This document shows positions 57,350 to 64,000 of a DNA stretch of 64,000 bases, piece after piece. The position numbers and the translations under genes are program-made. The stretch comes from the human T2T-CHM13v2.0 reference genome, Homo sapiens: assembly GCF_009914755.1 (NCBI RefSeq), contig NC_060926.1, one strand, 5' to 3'. Each line of letters starts with the position of its first letter. Within the stretch, counting starts at the first letter, position 1. Under the pieces are notes generated by a model that made no database searches, had not been told where the DNA came from, and saw nothing but the letters and a program-made list of their open reading frames with translations.

Positions 57350-58237
57350 CAGGCCCAGATTCTTGATCTATGGAATTTATGAGATATTAAGTGCTTGTTT
57401 TAAGTCTGTACATTGTTAAGTAATTTGTTATACAGCAACAGATAACTAATGTAGACTGTAACAAGAATAGGAGTGGAAGCAGAAAGACCTGTTAGGAGGC
57501 GGTAATTCACCCACCATCAAACATTACAAACACATGTGTCGAATCAGTTACAAAACAATGTAAGATGTTCTCTAGGCTCTGGCTCTTTTTCTCAAGCAGT
57601 CTGTTTGATGTGGATAACTCTTTTGCCCAGTTTTGTGTAATACACACTCTACAAAATTTAGGTCTCATGATTCATCTTCTGCTAGCCTTTTTCAACTTCT
57701 GTATATAATAATTGAGATATTCAACCTCTACAATACCATAAATCAAGGTATTTCTATATATTCAGTTGTACTTGTGTCTATATCCTGCCAAATTTTGAGC
57801 CCCTAACATCTGGCATCCTGTCTTACCCAATTTTGTATCCTCTCAACATGTGTAACAGAGCCAGTTACAGAACAAGTATTTCTGTTGCAATTTTGGTAAG
57901 TATAACATCTGTGTAATCTCCAGTGATGTCCCCTCTTATGTTACTGATATTGCTAATAAATTTTGTCTCATTTTCTCTTTATTAATGTAGCTGAAATTTT
58001 ATAGATTTTATCAATCTTTTAATGCCAAAATACTTTGGTTTATTGTTGTTTTTTCTCTTGCTTATACATTTCTATTTCATTGGGTTCCACTATTTTCTTT
58101 CCTTTTTTTTTTCCTTATTATTTGGGCATAACTTGCTCTTTTTTTTCTGTACTCTTAAGGTGAAGCTTAGAACATTGGTTTTAGATCTTTTTTATCATAT
58201 AATATAAACACTTTAAGGTATAATTTCCTCTAAGCAT

Positions 58238-59384
58238 TGTGAGAAGTCCAACTTCATGCTAAAACCCTACATATGATTCTTCGGGCCTGAACACTGACAA
58301 TTAAAAAGGCTTCAACTGACACACCTCACAGGGAACAGTTACCATCCCCACAGCAGTCTTGGTACACAGTCAGTGCACTGCAGTTTCTGAGGACATTTGC
58401 AGTCCAGAACTCAAGCCCTCTGGGCCCAGTCATACTCATACACATCATGGTATTCCTAGCCCAGGTGCCTCCATTCAGAAAACTTCTTACCATGGGGTTT
58501 CAGCTGAGATGCTTTTAGTCACCTGTACTGAGACTTATCAGGGAGACTTGACTAAGACATTTTCCCCCTGATTCAGTCTTTTACAGTTCTACTTTTTCTT
58601 CCTATCCCTCTCCTCCTATCCCAGGTCTATAGAATGGCAGGGAACTTTTGTTCAGAGCTCCTTGGCAGTGAGACAATTTCCCTTGCCTCCACTTCATGTC
58701 ACCTGACCCTTGCCTAATGCCATTCCAAAGGGCAAAATGGAACAGTGGGGACGTAGCACCTCTTTAAATTTTGGCCCCTTGCTGATCTTATAATACATCA
58801 CAGTAAAAGTGAAACTGGCTCTATTGTCACATAGAACTCATGTTTATGGTTTCTTTTGAATAAACATAGAAATTGACCCTCCTAGTCTTAAAACTTGAGA
58901 AATTTACCTTTGACTTCTCTGGGTTCCTTTCTTAGGAAACCAACCATAAGCCCTGCCAAGTAATATCAAGGAGCTGAAACTCACCAGATCACAGCATCTG
59001 GACAATGAGACATCAGACTGCTCACCCGTCATGACTGCCTAACTAACCACCTGTTGCCTGTTTACCAACTCTCCTTCATTTACCTCCCTAATTCCTGTTT
59101 TCCCACACATAGTTACATTTCTTCCCTGTTATATATGCCCCTAATTTTAGTTGGGTGAGGATACAGATTTGAGACTAATCTCCCATTCTCTTTGGCTGCA
59201 GCACCCAAATAAAGCCTTCTTCTCTGGCAATACTCAGTGTCTCAGTGATTGGCTTTCTATGCAGCAAGTGGGAGGACCTAGACCGAACACCAGGCATTTT
59301 AGTAAGAAGTACCCAAAGGCTTGATGACTCCTTCATTTGGACTCATGTCCTAATTGACCTCCTAAACACCTGGCAGGTTTGACA
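58238..59384 (+). mobile_element. Unassigned ERV1-like LTR with a nested MER39-type LTR
   Basis: TG...CA block that splits the L1 at cctctaagca|ctgctttagc. Confidence 0.55.
58824..59307 (+). mobile_element. MER39/MER39B LTR
   Basis: ggaaaccaacc...ctgaaactcaccagatcac...aataaagccttcttc...gattggctttct...ggacctagaccgaac. Confidence 0.75.
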
Positions 59385-60009
59385 CACTGCTTTAGCTGAA
59401 TTCACAATTTTCATGTTTTGTGTTTTTATTATCATTTAGTTCAAAACATATTCTAATCTCCCTGATTTTTAGGTCTTACTTTTTTTAAAGGAAAAATGAT
59501 AATCTTTGCTTTTCTGCTTTAAATATTTAGCCCAATTGATATTACTGAATTTTAGTATATTTGTTTTCTGATGTCCACCAAATTTTAATTGTCTTTTACC
59601 TCTTCTTCTGCATTAGATTTAGTATTAATAGTATTTCATTACTTCTGTACTACTAGAGATAAAATATTTGTCTCATATATTAGAGCTTGCTCTAAGATTT
59701 ACAAAGCATGGTTAAATTATCACTCTCTATCTTTAGAGACTTCTATAAACTTAACAGACAATGCAAGGACCTTACAACAGTAAGTTTCCATTTTCTTTGT
59801 CCATCTTTTATGCTACTTTCTCCACAAATTTTATTTTTATATATTTTATGAGTCCAATGATGTAATACATTTTGCTTCAAGTAGTCAAGTCTTTCATATG
59901 AAAGTCTTTAAAGGAGAAAACAAAACATATATTTAACATTTTTTGCACTCTTCTTTCCACTGCATAGATTCAAAGTTCTAACTGAGATACTTTTCCTTCA
60001 TCATCATGA

Positions 60010-60403
<394 letters not shown>

Positions 60404-60544
60404 TCAACCTTTCTTTGAAAGATATTTTCACTGAGTATAATAAAATTTCATGTTAACTGTTAATTTTTCCCTTATCTTTTCCCCTTCTTTGCTCTTCTTT
60501 CTCCTTCTTCTCTTTTCAGCATTTAAAAAATGCAACTCCATTAT

Positions 60545-60775
60545 GTCCTTTCTTTCTCTCTCTTTCCTTCCTTCCTTCTGTTTCTCTTTCTTCTTTCTTT
60601 CCTTTCTCTCTTTCTCTCTCTCTTCCTTCCTTCCCCCCTCCCTCCTTCCCTTCCTTCCTTTTTTCTTCCTTTCATCTTTCTTTTTCTTTTTCTTTCTCTC
60701 TCTTTTCTTTCTTTCTCTCTTCTTTATTTCTTTTCTTCTCTCTCTGTCTCTCTTTTCCTTCCTTCTTCTTTTTGT
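60545..60775 (+). repeat. CT-rich polypyrimidine tract
   Basis: Directly visible (TTTC/CCTT/TC)n. Confidence 0.9.
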
Positions 60776-61989
60776 ATTTTTTTAACTGACAAGGCATCTG
60801 TAGAATATCTTAAACTCATTTCCTTATATGCAAAGTGTGTTTTTCTCTCTGGCTGCTTTTTAAGACTTTTTCTTCATCACCAATTTGTAAAATTCTAATT
60901 ACTATATGCCTTTATGTGATTTTATTTGGGGTTATACTATTTAGTATTTGTTGAATTTCTTGGGTCTCTGACTTTATAATTTTCATCAAATCTGGAAAAA
61001 TTCTGCCCATTATTTCTTCAGATTTTCTTCCTAATCCCCCTTCCTTAGCTGGGATGACAGTTAACACATTAGACTGATTTTTACTCTCATACAGATTATA
61101 ATGGCAAAATTACTTTATTTAAGTGTTTTTTCTTTCTGTGATTCAAGTCGAAGAATACTTTCAATTTTCTGTATTTAGTTCAGTCACTTTCATCTACATT
61201 GACTGATATTCTATTAATTCCAGAGAATTTTTTTTTTCAAAAGTTCAGATAATTTTGTTTCATCTCGAGGACTTCCATTTGGTTCTGTCTGAAGCCTCAC
61301 TAGGATTATGCTTAATTTTTATCCATGAGCATATTTATAAGAGCTGCTTTAAAACCTTTGTCTGCTAATGCCATCTTCTCTTCCATTTTCACATATTTGG
61401 TCATATTTTTATGCTTTGTTTTGCATCTAATAACTTTATTGCTAAATATTAAAAAATTGCCGTATTTTTTGTCTTCCTTTCAAGAGTGTTAAAGTTTATC
61501 TGGTAAGATCATTTAGTGACATGTAGATCAAATGGATTCTGTTGAAACTTGGTTAGACTATTTTTTCATCAGGCAGGTCGAGAGACTCTTTACTATGGGG
61601 CAAGTTTAGCCAAGTAATAAATGACAAACCTTTTGTAGTCTTTAGCAAATATCTTGGGTGTTGAAATGGTTGCTCCACTCTGGCTATCTGAATTCCAGTC
61701 TTTTAGATATTTTCACTGGGTTTGTTGTTTTCATCAAGAAGTTGAGCTGGAAACATACATTTGAGAATCCTTCTAACCTGGGTTTATAATCATGTAAACC
61801 AGTTTTAAATGTTTTTACTGTATCCCATTTGTGAAAACTGTTAGTATAAACATCTACTTTCTAATCATTAAAATGGGAATGATACCAACAATAGCTGAAT
61901 TTTTTTTTTTAGCATTTACAATGTGTCAGTTTCTGTTCTAAGTGCTTTACATATATTTACTCATTCAATATTTACAGTGATTTTAAGAG

Positions 61990-62449
61990 TGTGTTAGTTT
62001 CTGGGGGCTACTGTAAAATTAGCACAAACTGGGTGGCTTATAAACAGGAGTTTATTCTCTCTTCATTCTGGAGGACAGAAGACCAAAATCAAGGTGTCGA
62101 CAGGGGCACGCTCCCTCAGGATGCACTCGGGGAGAGCTCATCCCTTGCCTCTTCTAACTTTTGCTAGCTGTCAGCATTCTTTGACACATGACCCTATGAC
62201 CACCTCACTCTAATCTCTGCCTCTGTGATCGCAATGCCTCCTCCTCTCTTCTTGTCTGTCTCAAATCTCTCTCAGCAATTCTCTTATAAGGACACTTCAG
62301 CATCTGGGTAAACCAGGATTTTATCTCAAGATTCTTAATTACATTAGCAAAGACCCTTTTTCCAAATAATGTAACATTCATAGGTTCCAGGAATTTGATA
62401 TGGACATATATTTTTGGGGGTTCGTGGAGGCACCATTCAACCTGCCACA
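61990..62449 (-). mobile_element. MLT1B/C LTR inserted in a MIR
   Basis: tgtgttagtttctgggggct...aaatcaaggtgtcgacagggg...aagaccctttttccaaat...ccattcaacctgccaca; MIR halves flank it. Confidence 0.85.
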
Positions 62450-63202
62450 GTGAGTAAACTACTAGTGTTATTAGCCCTTCTTTTCCAAGATCATAGAGCC
62501 AGGATTCCAACCAGGCAGCCTGGTTTCAGCATCCCTGCACTTAAACTCTTCATGATGTTGGCTATGTTATAGACTCATTGTCAGGGTTAAAGCTCATTCT
62601 ATAAAGCACCAAACATTGTGCCTGACACATAGTGGAGCCACAAAACTTGTAACTCTTATTGTTATGAATACATATTTTATTGGTCAAAGTTAGGATGACT
62701 ATTTGATTATGGTGTGGTATTCAGTTTGCGCGGTGGAATTCCTAACCAAGTTCAGACTGATCAGTAAGCTGAAGTCCTTGCTTACTTCCGTGAATCCTTC
62801 AGTCAACACAACTTCCAATTAAAGATTTATTTCTCACAATTAAATTCAGATCCCTGTGCTGAGAGAAAAGAAATTTAAAGCCAGAGAAACAGGATAGCCT
62901 CCAGGATGGCATGAAAAGAATTCTAACTTAGGGCTTCCTTGCTTACTTTTTGGAGACACAGATGAGCTGGCACAATAAATATTTAATGTGACATGATGTT
63001 AGTTTATACCAATTAGGAGTTGCAGGGTCAGATAGCAAGGAGTGAGTGACTAGCTCTCCTCTAGACCAATGTGAGTTAAAATAGTTATGCCTTTAGCATC
63101 CTTATTTCATAGGGTTTAGAAACCTTGGGGAAAGAACATTTAAAGTAAACATTTACAGCTATTATCTTTGCAGCTCTACACTGAGCGTTCTCAAGCTATG
63201 CT

Positions 63203-63257
63203 ACACACACACACACATACACACACACACAAATACACACATACACACACACACACA
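63203..63257. repeat. Interrupted (CA)n microsatellite
   Basis: Directly visible. Confidence 0.9.
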
Positions 63258-64000
63258 CCCCTAAAGGACAGGCTGTCCCATATCTGGCTGCTTTTGGAAA
63301 ATGTTTCCCCTTGGCTATGTCAGTGCTCTATGAGGTATTGCTCACTGTAGATATGCATTAGCTATTTATTTCTTGGCCTATTCAATTTGTTGGAATATGG
63401 AGGGACTTGAAAACTTTAGAAACTCTATCCATCTGTGCAATTTGTGTCTATTATTTTCCAAATTGTGGTACTTGCTACCTCAGTACCACAAACATCTGTA
63501 GGCTAGGGACCAGCAGCTCCCCTTTCAATGGAGTTAGTTCCCATCATATATCACTGAGACCGGCACTCTTACATATGCCATTGTTGGCAGCACTGCTGGC
63601 TATTGTACCTTTAACAATACTCTGTAATTGTTGGTGCCTCTCTCCTGGTACCAAACTCAACTGCAGTTCTGAGGACTAGATACCAACCCAACTATTTGCT
63701 ACCTGGATCAGTTTTATCTGTTACTTAAGACTCTCCAATCTTTATCCATAACTTATAAATACTACTAACAATATTGGCTCTGTCTAATTCATAGAGCTGT
63801 TGGAAGGGTTATGAGAAAATAATTTACTTTATAAACTTTAAAGCTCTGTGTAGTGAATTATTATGTTATTTGCTTGAGAAAGACATTGAATTAATGAAAT
63901 TCCTTTGTTCTGACAAGTTTTCCTTGCAAACAAACAAATAAACCAAAAGAAACAAAAAAATAGAAACAATAAAAACCAGAAAACAAAAAAATCAGTATAC

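Overview
Primate (human-like) intergenic DNA dominated by interspersed repeats. I count 13 Alus (AluY/Sc/Sg/Sp/Sq/Sx types). There are also L1M and L2 fragments, many MIRs, MaLR LTRs (MLT1, MST), ERV1 solo LTRs (LTR1-family, LTR12, MER66, MER39) and DNA-transposon fossils (Tigger3, MER6A, MER63, MER3, MER5A, MER20). No protein-coding exon, RNA gene or CRISPR array is supportable. The ORF track consists of short chance ORFs, many inside Alu/LTR/simple repeats. The first ~170 bp look like the poly(A) signal of an upstream + strand transcript. The most interesting signals are structural: (1) a ~180 bp near-identical inverted copy of neighbouring unique sequence inside an MST LTR (43.0-44.0 kb); (2) an older ~370 bp dispersed direct duplication (15.2/17.5 kb) that abuts a MER6A missing its terminal repeat; (3) a scrambled Tigger3/L1 block with templated filler (7.1-9.3 kb); (4) a closely spaced inverted Alu pair; (5) an LTR12 with 13 CCAAT repeats pointing into these inverted repeats; (6) an LTR-int-LTR MLT1 provirus. 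I did not find a convincing new biological system. Repeat subfamily names are recalled from consensus sequences, and coordinates of old repeats are approximate.
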